Part shown: positions 43,001-57,599 of the stretch, piece by piece
How positions within the stretch are numbered: the stretch's first letter is position 1
Layout of the letters: each line of letters starts with the position of its first letter
Assembly: GCA_964016885.1 (NCBI GenBank)
Contig: OZ024740.1
Location: 319,238,001 to 319,302,000, forward strand
DNA: 64,000 nucleotides
Direction: 5' to 3'
Origin: Eledone cirrhosa
Lineage: Eukaryota
Position numbers and translations under genes: made by a program
Notes under the pieces: generated by a model
Database searches by the model: none
What the model was told of the DNA's origin: nothing
Seen by the model: only the letters and a program-made list of their open reading frames with translations

Positions 43001-46000
43001 CCACAACTTACATTCTATCTCACATTCTAACGACTCTACCAATTCGCTGTCTTTCTAATACAATACTAACTTCAAATAATCCGGGATTGTCTCGTCTATT
43101 TCCACAACTTACATTCTGTCTGACATTCTAACGACTCTACCAATTCGAAGTCATTCTACTACAATACTCACAACAAATAATCCAGGATTGTCTCGTCTAT
43201 TTCCACAACTTACATTCTATCTAAAAGTCTAACGACTCTACCAATTCGAAGTCTTTCTACTACAATACTAACATCAACTAATCTAGGATTGTCTCGTCTA
43301 TTTCCACAACTTACATATCTGACATTCTAACGACTCTACCAATTTGAAGTCTTTCTACTACAATACTCACAACAAATAATCAAGGATTGTCACGTCTATT
43401 TCCACAACTTACATTCTATCTGATATTCTAACGACTCTACCAATTCGAAGTCTTTCTACTACAATACTAACTTTAAATAATCCAGGATTGTCTCCTCTAT
43501 TTCAACAACTTACATTCTATCTGACATTCTAACGACTCTACCAATTCGAGGTCTTTCTATTACAATACTCACAACAAATAATCCAGGATTGTCTCGTCTA
43601 TTTCCACACCTTACATTTTATCTGATATTCTAACGACTCTACCCATAAGCTGTATTTCTACTACAATACTAACTTCAAATAATCCAGGATTGTCACGTCT
43701 ATTTCCACAACTTACATTCTATCTGATATTCTAACGACTCTACCAATTCGAAGTCTTTCTACTACAATACTAACAACAAATAATTTAGGATTGTCTCGTC
43801 TATTTCCACAACTTACATTCTATCTGACGTTCTAACGATTCTACCCATTCGCTGTATTTCTACTAAAATACTAACTTCAAATAATCCAGGATTGTCTCGT
43901 CTATTTCCACAACTTACATTCTATCTGACATTCTAACGACTCGACCAATTCGAAGTGTTTCTACTACAATACTCACAACAAATAATCAAGGATTGTAACG
44001 TCTATTTCCACAACTTACATTCTATCTGTCATTCTAACGACTCTACCAATTCGAAGTCTTTCTACTACAATACTCACAACAAATAATCCAGGATTGTCTC
44101 GTCTATTTCCACACCTTACATTCTATCTGACATTCTAACGACTCTACCAATTCGAAGTCTTTCTACTACAATACTCACAACAAATAATCCAGGATTGTCT
44201 CCTCTATTTCCACAACTTACATTCTATCTGTCATTCTAACGACACTACCAATTCGAAGTCTTTCTACTACAATACTAACTTTAAATAATCCAGGATTGTC
44301 TCCTCTATTTCAACAACTTACATTCTATCTGACATTCTAACGACTCTACCAATTTGAGGTCTTTCTACTACAATACTCACAACAAATAATCCAGGATTGT
44401 CTCGTCTATTTCTACACCTTACATTCTATCTGACATTCTAACGACTCTACCAATTCGCTGTATTTCTACTAAAATACTAACTTCAAATAATCCAGGATTG
44501 TCTCATCTATTTCCACAACTTACATTCTGTCTGACATTCTAACGACTCTACCAATTCGAAGTCATTCTACTACAATACTCACAACAAATAATCCAGGATT
44601 GTCTCGTCTATTTCCACAACTTACATTCTATCTAAAAGTCTAACGACTCTACCGATTCGAGGTCTTTCTACTACAATACTAACATCAACTAATCTAGGAT
44701 TGTCTCGTCTATTTCCACAACTTACATATCTGACTTTCTAACGACTCTACCAATTTGAAGTCGTTCTACTACAATACTCACAACAAATAATCAAGGATTG
44801 TCACGTCTATTTCCACAACTTACATTCTATCTGATATTCTAACGACACTACCAATTCGAAGTCTTTCTACTACAATACTAACTTTAAATAATCCAGGATT
44901 GTCTCCTCTATTTCAACAACTTACATTCTATCTGACATTCTAACGACTCTACCAATTCGAGGTCTTTCTACTACAATACTCACAACAAATAATCCAGGAT
45001 TGTCTCGTCTATTTCCACACATTACATTCTATCTGACATTCTAACGACTCTACCAATTCGCTGTATTTCTACTAAAATACTAACTTCAAATAATCCAGGA
45101 TTGTCTCATCTATTTCCACAACTTACATTCTATCTGATATTCGAACGACTCTACCAATTCGAAGTATTTCTACTACAATACTAACAACAAATAATCCAGG
45201 ATTGTCTCGTCTATTTCCACAACTTACATTCCATCTCACATTCTAACGACTCTACCAATTCGAAGTCTTTAAACTACAGTACTCACAACAAATAATCAAG
45301 GTTTGTATCGTCTATTTCCACAACTTACATTCTATCTGACATTCTAACGACTCTACCAATTCGAAGTCTTTCTACTACAATACTCACAACAAATAATCCA
45401 GGATTGTCTCGTCTATTTCCACACCTTACATTTTATCTGATATTCTAACGACTCTACCCATCAGCTGTATTTCTACTACAATACTAACTTCAAATAATCC
45501 AGGATTGTCACATCTATTTCCACAACTTACATTCTATCTGATATTCTAACGACTCTACCAATTCGAAGTCTTTCTACTACAATACTCACAACAAATAATC
45601 CAGGATTGTCTCCTCTATTTCCATAACTTACATTCTATCTGTCATTCTAACGACACTACCAATTCGAAGTCTTTCTACTACAATACTAACTTTAAATAAT
45701 CCAGGATTGTCTCCTCTATTTCAACAACTTACATTCTATCTGACATTCTAACGACTCTACCAATTTGAGGTCTTTCTACTACAATACTCACAACAAATAA
45801 TCCAGGATTGTCTCGTCTATTTCTACACCTTACATTCTATCTGACATTCTAACGACTCTACCAATTCGCTGTATTTCTACTAAAATACTAACTTCAAATA
45901 ATCCAGGATTGTCTCATCTATTTCCACAACTTACATTCTATCTGATATTCTAACGACTCTACCAATTCGAGGTCTTTCTACTACAATACTCACAACAAAT

Positions 46001-46799
46001 AATCCAGGATTGTCTCGTCTATTTTCACAACTTACATTCTATCTCACATTCTAACGACTCTACCAATTCGCTGTCTTTCTAATACAATACTAACTTCAAA
46101 TAATCCGGGATTGTCTCGTCTATTTCCACAACTTACATTCTGTCTGACATTCTAACGACTCTACCAATTCGAAGTCATTCTACTACAATACTCACAACAA
46201 ATAATCCAGGATTGTCTCGTCTATCTCCACAACTTACATTCTATCTAAAAGTCTAACGACTCTACCAATTCGAAGTCTTTCTACTACAATACTAACATCA
46301 ACTAATCTAGGATTGTCTCGTCTATTTCCACAACTTACATATCTGACATTCTAACGACTCTACCAATTTGAAGTCTTTCTACTACAATACTCACAACAAA
46401 TAATCAAGGATTGTCACGTCTATTTCCACAACTTACATTCTATCTGATATTCTAACGACACTACCAATTCGAAGTCTTTCTACTACAATACTCACAACAA
46501 ATAATCCAGGATTGTCTCGTCTATTTCCACACCTTACATTCTATCTGACATTCTAACGACTCTACCAATTCGAAGTCTTTCTACTACAATACTCACAACT
46601 AATAATCCAGGATTGTCTCGTCTATTTCCACACCTTACATTTTATCTGATATTCTAACGACTCTACCCATAAGCTGTATTTCTACTACAATACTAACTTC
46701 AAATAATCCAGGATTGTCACGTCTATTTCCACAAATTACATTCTATCTGATATTCTAACGACTCTACCAATTCGAAGTCTTTCTACTACAATACTCACA

Positions 46800-49700
46800 A
46801 CAAATAATCCAGAATTGTCTCCTCTATTTCAACAACTTACATTCTATCTGACATTCTAACGACTCTACCAATTCGAGGTCTTTCTACTACAATACTCACA
46901 ACAAATAATCAAGGATTGTCTCGTCTATTTCCACAACTTACATTCCATCTCACATTCTAACGACTCTACCAATTCGAGGTCTTTCTACTAAAATACTAAC
47001 TTCAAATAATCCAGGATTGTCTCGTCTATTTCCACAACTTACATTCCATCTCACATTCTAACGACTCTACCAATTCGAAGTCTTTCTACTACAGTACTCA
47101 CAACAAATATTCAAGGTTTGTATCGTCTATTTCCACAACTTACATTTATCTGACATTCTAACGACTGTACCAATTCGAAGCCTTTCTACTACAATACTCA
47201 CAACAAATAATCCAGGATTGTCTCGTCTATTTCCACACCTTACATTTTATCTGATATTCTAACGACTCTACCCATAAGCTGTATTTCTACTACAATACTA
47301 ACTTCAAATAATCCAGGATTGTCACGTCTATTTCCACAACTTACATTCTATCTGATATTCTAACGACTCTACCAATTCGAAGTCTTTCTACTACAATACT
47401 AACTTCAAATAATCCAGGATTGTCACGTCTATTTCCACAACTTACATTCTATCTGATATTCTAACGACTCTACCAATTCGAAGTCTTTCTACTACAATAC
47501 TAACAACAAATAATTTACGATTGTCTCGTCTATTTCCACAACTTACATTCTATCTGACGTTCTAACGATTCTACCCATTCGCTGTATTTCTACTAAAATA
47601 CTAACTTCAAATAATCCAGGATTGTCTCGTCTATTTCCACAACTTACATTCTATCTGACATTCTAACGACTCGACCAATTCGAAGTCTTTCTACTACAAT
47701 ACTCATAACAAATAATCAAGGATTGTAACGTCTATTTCCACAACTTACATTCTATCTGTCATTCTAACGACTCTACCAATTCGAAGTCTTTCTACTACAA
47801 TACTCACAACAAATAATCCAGGATTGTCTCGTCTATTTCCACACCTTACATTCTATCTGACATTCTAACGACTCTACCAATTCGAAGTCTTTCTACTACA
47901 ATACTCACAACAAATAATCAAGGATTGTAACGTCTATTTCCACGCCTTACATTTTATCTGATATTCTAACGACTCTACCCATAAGCTGTATTTCTACTAC
48001 AATACTAACTTCAAATAATCCAGGATTGTCACGTCTATTTCCACAACTTACATTCTATCTGATATTCTAACGACTCGACCAATTCGAAGTCTTTCTACTA
48101 CAATACTCACAACAAATAATCAAGGATTGTAACGTCTATTTCCACAACTTACATTCTATCTGACATTCTAACGACTCTACCAATTCGAGGTCTTTCTACT
48201 ACAATACTCACAACAAATAATCCAGGATTGTCTCGTCTATTTCCACAACTTACATTCCATCTCACATTCTAACGACTCTACCAATTCGAAGTCTTTCTAC
48301 TAAAATACTAACTTCAAATAATCCAGGATTGTCTCGTCTATTTCCACAACTTACATTCTATCTGATATTCTAACGACTCTACCAATTCGAAGTCTTTCTA
48401 CTACAATACTAACAACAAATAATTTACGATTGTCTCGTCTATTTCCACAACTTACATTCTATCTGACGTTCTAACGATTCTACCCATTCGCTGTATTTCT
48501 ACTAAAATACTAACTTCAAATAATCCAGGATTGTCTCGTCTATTTCCACAACTTACATTCTATCTGACATTCTAACGACTCGACCAATTCGAAGTCTTTC
48601 TACTACAATACTCACAACAAATAATCAAGGATTGTCTCATCTATCTCCACAACTTACATTCCATCTCACATTCTAACGACTCTACCAATTCGAGGTCTTT
48701 CTACTAAAATACTAACTTCAAATAATCCAGGATTGTCTCGTCTATTTCCACAACTTACATTCCATCTCACATTCTAACGACTCTACCAATTCGAAGTCTT
48801 TCTACTACAGTACTCACAACAAATATTCAAGGTTTGTATCGTCTATTTCCACAACTTACATTTATCTGACATTCTAACGACTGTACCAATTCGAAGTCTT
48901 TCTACTACAATACTCACAACAAATAATCCAGGATTGTCTCGTCTATTTCCACACCTTACATTCTATCTGACATTCTAACGACTCTACCAATTCGAAGTCT
49001 TTCTACTACAATACTCACAACAAATAATCAAGGATTGTAACGTCTATTTCCACGCCTTACATTTTATCTGATATTCTAACGACTCTACCCATAAGCTGTA
49101 TTTCTACTACAATACTAACTTCAAATAATCCAGGATTGTCACGTCTATTTCCACAACTTACATTCTATCTGATATTCTAACGACTCTACCAATTCGAAGT
49201 CTTTCTACTACAATACTAACTTCAAATAATCCAGGATTGTCACGTCTATTTCCACAACTTACATTCTATCTGATATTCTAACGACTCTACCAATTCGAAG
49301 TCTTTCTACTACAATACTAACAACAAATAATTTACGATTGTCTCGTCTATTTCCACAACTTACATTCTATCTGACGTTCTAACGATTCTACCCATTCGCT
49401 GTATTTCTACTAAAATACTAACTTCAAATAATCCAGGATTGTCTCGTCTATTTCCACAACTTACATTCTATCTGACATTCTAACGACTCGACCAATTCGA
49501 AGTCTTTCTACTACAATACTCATAACAAATAATCAAGGATTGTAACGTCTATTTCCACATCTTACATTCTATCTGTCATTCTAACGACTCTACCAATTCG
49601 AAGTCTTTCTACTACAATACTCACAACAAATAATCCAGGATTGTCTCGTCTATTTCCACACCTTACATTCTATCTGACATTCTAACGACTCTACCAATTC

Positions 49701-52700
49701 GAAGTCTTTCTACTACAATACTCACAACAAATAATCAAGGATTGTAACGTCTATTTCCACGCCTTACATTTTATCTGATATTCTAACGACTCTACCCATA
49801 AGCTGTATTTCTACTACAATACTAACTTCAAATAATCCAGGATTGTCACGTCTATTTCCACAACTTACATTCTATCTGATATTCTAACGACTCGACCAAT
49901 TCGAAGTCTTTCTACTACAATACTCACAACAAATAATCAAGGATTGTAACGTCTATTTCCACAACTTACATTCTATCTGACATTCTAACGACTCTACCAA
50001 TTCGAGGTCTTTCTACTACAATACTCACAACAAATAATCCAGGATTGTCTCGTCTATTTCCACAACTTACATTCCATCTCACATTCTAACGACTCTACCA
50101 ATTCGAAGTCTTTCTACTAAAATACTAACTTCAAATAATCCAGGATTGTCTCGTCTATTTCCACAACTTACATTCTATCTGATATTCTAACGACTCTACC
50201 AATTCGAAGTCTTTCTACTACAATACTAACAACAAATAATTTACGATTGTCTCGTCTATTTCCACAACTTACATTCTATCTGACGTTCTAACGATTCTAC
50301 CCATTCGCTGTATTTCTACTAAAATACTAACTTCAAATAATCCAGGATTGTCTCGTCTATTTCCACAACTTACATTCTATCTGACATTCTAACGACTCGA
50401 CCAATTCGAAGTCTTTCTACTACAATACTCACAACAAATAATCAAGGATTGTAACGTCTATTTCCACAACTTACATTCTATCTGTCATTCTAACGACTCT
50501 ACCAATTCGAAGTCTTTCTACTACAATACTCACAAGAAATAATCCAGGATTGTCTCGTCTATTTCCACACCTTACATTCTATCTGACATTCTAACGACTC
50601 TACCAATTCGAAGTCTTTCTACTACAATACTTACAACAAATAATCCAGGATTGTCTCCTCTATTTCCACAACTTACATTCTATCTGTCATTCTAACGACA
50701 CTACCAATTCGAAGTCTTTCTACTACAATACTAACTTTAAATAATCCAGGATTGTCTCCTCTATTTCAACAACTTACATTCTATCTGACATTCTAACGAC
50801 TCTACCAATTCGCTGTATTTCTACTAAAATACTAACTTCAAATAATCCAGGATTGTCACGTCTATTTCCACAAATTACATTCTATCTGATATTCTAACGA
50901 CTCTACCAATTCGAAGTCTTTCTACTACAATACTCACAACAAATAATCCAGGATTGTCTCGTCTATTTCCACGCCTTACATTTTATCTGATATTCTAACG
51001 ACTCTACCCATAAGCTGTATTTCTACTACAATACTAACTTCAAATAATCCAGGATTGTCACGTCTATTTCCACAACTTACATTCTATCTGATATTCTAAC
51101 GACTCGACCAATTCGAAGTCTTTCTACTACAATACTCACAACAAATAATCAAGGATTGTAACGTCTATTTCCACAACTTACATTCTGTCTGACATTCTAA
51201 CGACTCTACCAATTCGAAGTCTTTCTACTACAATACTCACGACAAATAATCCAGGATTGTCTCCTCTATTTCAACAACTTACATTCTATCTGACATTCTA
51301 ACGACTCTACCAATTCGAGGTCTTTCTACTACAATACTCACAACAAATAATCAAGGATTGTCTCGTCTATTTCCACAACTTACATTCCATCTCACATTCT
51401 AACGACTCTACCAATTCGAGGTCTTTCTACTAAAATACTAACTTCAAATAATCCAGGATTGTCTCGTCTATTTCCACAACTTACATTCCATCTCACATTC
51501 TAACGACTCTACCAATTCGAAGTCTTTCTACTACAGTACTCACAACAAATATTCAAGGTTTGTATCGTCTATTTCCACAACTTACATTTATCTGACATTC
51601 TAACGACTGTACCAATTCGAAGCCTTTCTACTACAATACTCACAACAAATAATCCAGGATTGTCACGTCTATTTCCACAACTTACATTCTATCTGATATT
51701 CTAACGACTCTACCAATTCGAAGTCTTTCTACTACAATACTAACAACAAATAATTTACGATTGTCTCGTCTATTTCCACAACTTACATTCTATCTGACGT
51801 TCTAACGATTCTACCCATTCGCTGTATTTCTACTAAAATACTAACTTCAAATAATCCAGGATTGTCTCGTCTATTTCCACAACTTACATTCTATCTGACA
51901 TTCTAACGACTCGACCAATTCGAAGTCTTTCTACTACAATACTCATAACAAATAATCAAGGATTGTAACGTCTATTTCCACAACTTACATTCTATCTGTC
52001 ATTCTAACGACTCTACCAATTCGAAGTCTTTCTACTACAATACTCACAACAAATAATCCAGGATTGTCTCGTCTATTTCCACACCTTACATTCTATCTGA
52101 CATTCTAACGACTCTACCAATTCGAAGTCTTTCTACTACAATACTCACAACAAATAATCAAGGATTGTAACGTCTATTTCCACGCCTTACATTTTATCTG
52201 ATATTCTAACGACTCTACCCATAAGCTGTATTTCTACTACAATACTAACTTCAAATAATCCAGGATTGTCTCGTCTATTTCCACAACTTACATTCTATCT
52301 GATATTCTAACGACTCGACCAATTCGAAGTCTTTCTACTACAATACTCACAACAAATAATCAAGGATTGTAACGTCTATTTCCACAACTTACATTCTATC
52401 TGACATTCTAACGACTCTACCAATTCGAGGTCTTTCTACTACAATACTCACAACAAATAATCCAGGATTGTCTCGTCTATTTCCACAACTTACATTCCAT
52501 CTCACATTCTAACGACTCTACCAATTCGAAGTCTTTCTACTAAAATACTAACTTCAAATAATCCAGGATTGTCTCGTCTATTTCCACAACTTACATTCTA
52601 TCTGATATTCTAACGACTCTACCAATTCGAAGTCTTTCTACTACAATACTAACAACAAATAATTTACGATTGTCTCGTCTATTTCCACAACTTACATTCT

Positions 52701-55700
52701 ATCTGACGTTCTAACGATTCTACCCATTCGCTGTATTTCTACTAAAATACTAACTTCAAATAATCCAGGATTGTCTCGTCTATTTCCACAACTTACATTC
52801 TATCTGACATTCTAACGACTCGACCAATTCGAAGTCTTTCTACTACAATACTCACAACAAATAATCAAGGATTGTCTCATCTATCTCCACAACTTACATT
52901 CCATCTCACATTCTAACGACTCTACCAATTCGAGGTCTTTCTACTAAAATACTAACTTCAAATAATCCAGGATTGTCTCGTCTATTTCCACAACTTACAT
53001 TCCATCTCACATTCTAACGACTCTACCAATTCGAAGTCTTTCTACTACAGTACTCACAACAAATATTCAAGGTTTGTATCGTCTATTTCCACAACTTACA
53101 TTTATCTGACATTCTAACGACTGTACCAATTCGAAGCCTTTCTACTACAATACTCACAACAAATAATCCAGGATTGTCTCGTCTATTTCCACACCTTACA
53201 TTCTATCTGACATTCTAACGACTCTACCAATTCGAAGTCTTTCTACTACAATACTCACAACAAATAATCAAGGATTGTAACGTCTATTTCCACGCCTTAC
53301 ATTTTATCTGATATTCTAACGACTCTACCCATAAGCTGTATTTCTACTACAATACTAACTTCAAATAATCCAGGATTGTCACGTCTATTTCCACAACTTA
53401 CATTCTATCTGATATTCTAACGACTCTACCAATTCGAGGTCTTTCTACTACAATACTCACAACAAATAATCCAGGATTGTCTCGTCTATTTCCACAACTT
53501 ACATTCCATCTCACATTCTAACGACTCTACCAATTCGAAGTCTTTCTACTAAAATACTAACTTCAAATAATCCAGGATTGTCTCGTCTATTTCCACAACT
53601 TACATTCTATCTGATATTCTAACGACTCTACCAATTCGAAGTCTTTCTACTACAATACTAACAACAAATAATTTACGATTGTCTCGTCTATTTCCACAAC
53701 TTACATTCTATCTGACGTTCTAACGATTCTACCCATTCGCTGTATTTCTACTAAAATACTAACTTCAAATAATCCAGGATTGTCTCGTCTATTTCCACAA
53801 CTTACATTCTATCTGACATTCTAACGACTCGACCAATTCGAAGTCTTTCTACTACAATACTCACAACAAATAATCAAGGATTGTAACGTCTATTTCCACA
53901 ACTTACATTCTATCTGTCATTCTAACGACTCTACCAATTCGAAGTCTTTCTACTACAATACTCACAAGAAATAATCCAGGATTGTCTCGTCTATTTCCAC
54001 ACCTTACATTCTATCTGACATTCTAACGACTCTACCAATTCGAAGTCTTTCTACTACAATACTCACAACAAATAATCCAGGATTGTCTCCTCTATTTCCA
54101 CAACTTACATTCTATCTGTCATTCTAACGACACTACCAATTCGAAGTCTTTCTACTACAATACTAACTTTAAATAATCCAGGATTGTCTCCTCTATTTCA
54201 ACAACTTACATTCTATCTGACATTCTAACGACTCTACCAATTCGCTGTATTTCTACTAAAATACTAACTTCAAATAATCCAGGATTGTCTCATCTATTTC
54301 CACAACTTACATTCTATCTGATATTCTAACGACTCTACCAATTCGAGGTCTTTCTACTACAATACTCACAACAAATAATCCAGGATTGTCTCGTCTATTT
54401 CCACAACTTACATTCTATCTCACATTCTAACGACTCTACCAATTCGCTGTCTTTCTAATACAATACCAACTTCAAATAATCCGGGATTGTCTCGTCTATT
54501 TCCACAACTTACATTCTGTCTGACATTCTAACGACTCTACCAATTCGAAGTCATTCTACTACAATACTCACAACAAATAATCCAGGATTGTCTCGTCTAT
54601 TTCCACAACTTACATTCTATCTAAAAGTCTAACGACTCTACCAATTCGAAGTCTTTCTACTACAATACTAACATCAACTAATCTAGGATTGTCTCGTCTA
54701 TTTCCACAACTTACATATCTGATATTCTAACGACTCTACCAATTTGAAGTCTTTCTACTACAATACTCACAACAAATAATCAAGGATTGTCACGTCTATT
54801 TCCACAACTTACATTCTATCTGATATTCTAACGACACTACCAATTCGAAGTCTTTCTACTACAATACTAACTTTAAATAATCCAGGATTGTCTGCTCTAT
54901 TTCAACAACTTACATTCTATCTGACATTCTAACGACTCTACCAATTCGAGGTCTTTCTACTACAATACTCACAACAAATAATCCAGGATTGTCTCGTCTA
55001 TTTCCACACCTTACATTCTATCTGACATTCTAACGACTCTACCAATTCGCTGTATTTCTACTAAAATACTAACTTCAAAAAATCCAGGATTGTCTCATCT
55101 ATTTCCACAACTTACATTCTATCTGATATTCGAACGACTCTACCAATTCGAAGTCTTTCTACTACAATACTCACAACAAATAATCCAGGATTGTCTCGTC
55201 TATTTCCACACCTTACATTCTATCTGACATTCTAACGACTCTACCAATTCGAAGTCTTTCTACTACAATACTCACAACAAATAATCAAGGATTGTAACGT
55301 CTATTTCCACGCCTTACATTTTATCTGATATTCTAACGACTCTACCCATAAGCTGTATTTCTACTACAATACTAACTTCAAATAATCTAGGATTGTCTCG
55401 TCTATTTCCACAACTTACATTCTATCTGACATTCTAACGACTCTACCAATTCGAGGTCTTTCTACTACAATACTCACAACAAATAATCCAGGATTGTCTC
55501 GTCTATTTCCACAACTTACATTCCATCTCACATTCTAACGACTCTACCAATTCGAAGTCTTTCTACTAAAATACTAACTTCAAATAATCCAGGATTGTCT
55601 CGTCTATTTCCACAACTTACATTCTATCTGATATTCTAACGACTCTACCAATTCGAAGTCTTTCTACTACAATACTAACAACAAATAATTTACGATTGTC

Positions 55701-56200
55701 TCGTCTATTTCCACAACTTACATTCTATCTGACGTTCTAACGATTCTACCCATTCGCTGTATTTCTACTAAAATACTAACTTCAAATAATCCAGGATTGT
55801 CTCGTCTATTTCCACAACTTACATTCTATCTGACATTCTAACGACTCGACCAATTCGAAGTCTTTCTACTACAATACTCACAACAAATAATCAAGGATTG
55901 TAACGTCTATTACCACAACTTACATTCTATCTGTCATTCTAACGACTCTACCAATTCGAAGTCTTTCTACTACAATACTCACAAGAAATAATCCAGGATT
56001 GTCTCGTCTATTTCCACACCTTACATTCTATCTGACATTCTAACGACTCTACCAATTCGAAGTCTTTCTACTACAATACTCACAACAAATAATCCAGGAT
56101 TGTCTCCTCTATTTCCACAACTTACATTCTATCTGTCATTCTAACGACACTACCAATTCGAAGTCTTTCTACTACAATACTAACTTTAAATAATCCAGGA
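46800..56200. repeat. Satellite sub-domain with nested 1.8-4.2 kb duplications
   Basis: CATAAC at 47704, 49521 (+1817) and 51944 (+4240). CTCATCTATCTCCAC at ~48636/~52876 (+4240). CACAAGAAAT at 50531, 53963 and 55980. The CACGCCTTAC variant was seen only here. Confidence 0.8.
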
Positions 56201-57599
56201 TTGTCTCCTCTATTTCCACAACTTACATTCTATCTGATATTCGAACGACTCTACCAATTCGAAGTCTTTCTACTACAATACTAACTTTAAATAATCCAGG
56301 ATTGTCTCCTCTATTTCAACAACTTACATTCTATCTGACATTCTAACGACTCTACCAATTCGAGGTCTTTCTACTACAATACTCACAACAAATAATCCAG
56401 GATTGTCTCGTCTATTTCCACACCTTACATTCTATCTGACATTCTAACGACTCTACCCATTCGCTGTATTTCTACTATAATACTAACTTCAAATAATCCA
56501 GGATTGTCTCGTCTATTTCCACAACTTACATTCCATCTCACATTCTAACGACTCTACCAATTCGAAGTCTTTCTACTACAGTACTCACAACAAATAATCA
56601 AGGTTTGTATCGTCTATTTCCACAACTTACATTCTATCTGACATTCTAACGACTCTACCAATTCGAAGTCTTTCTACTACAATACTCACAACAAATCATC
56701 CAGGATTGTCTCGTCTATTTCCACAACTTACATTCTGTCTGACATTCTAACGACTCTACCAATTCGAAGTCATTCTACTACAATACTTACAACAAATAAT
56801 CCAGGATTGTCTCGTCTATTTCCACAACTTACATTCTATCTAAAAGTCTAACGACTCTACCAATTCGAAGTCTTTCTACTACAATACTAACATCAACTAA
56901 TCTAGGATTGTCTCGTCTATTTCCACAACTTACATATCTGACATTCTAACGACTCTACCAATTTGAAGTCTTTCTACTACAATACTCACAACAAATAATC
57001 AAGGATTGTCACGTCTATTTCCACAACTTACATTCTATCTGATATTCTAACGACACTACCAATTCGAAGTCTTTCTACTACAATACTAACTTTAAATAAT
57101 CCAGGATTGTCTCCTCTATTTCAACAACTTACATTCTATCTGACATTCTAACGACTCTACCAATTCGAGGTCTTTCTACTACAATACTAACAACAAATAA
57201 TCCAGGATTGTCTCGTCTATTTCCACACCTTACATTTTATCTGATATTCTAACGACTCTACCCATAAGCTGTATTTCTACTACAATACTAGCTTCAAATA
57301 ATCCAGGATTGTCACATCTATTTCCACAACTTACATTCTATCTGATATTCTAACGACTCTACCAATTCGAATTCTTTCTACTACAATACTAACAACAAAT
57401 AATTTAGGATTGTCTCGTCTATTTCCACAACTTACATTCTATCTGACGTTCTAACGATTCTACCCATTCGCTGTATTTCTACTAAAATACTAACTTCAAA
57501 TAATCCAGGATTGTCTCGTCTATTTCCACAACTTACATTCTATCTGATATTCTAACGACTCGACCAATTCGAAATCTTTCTACTACAATACTCACAACA

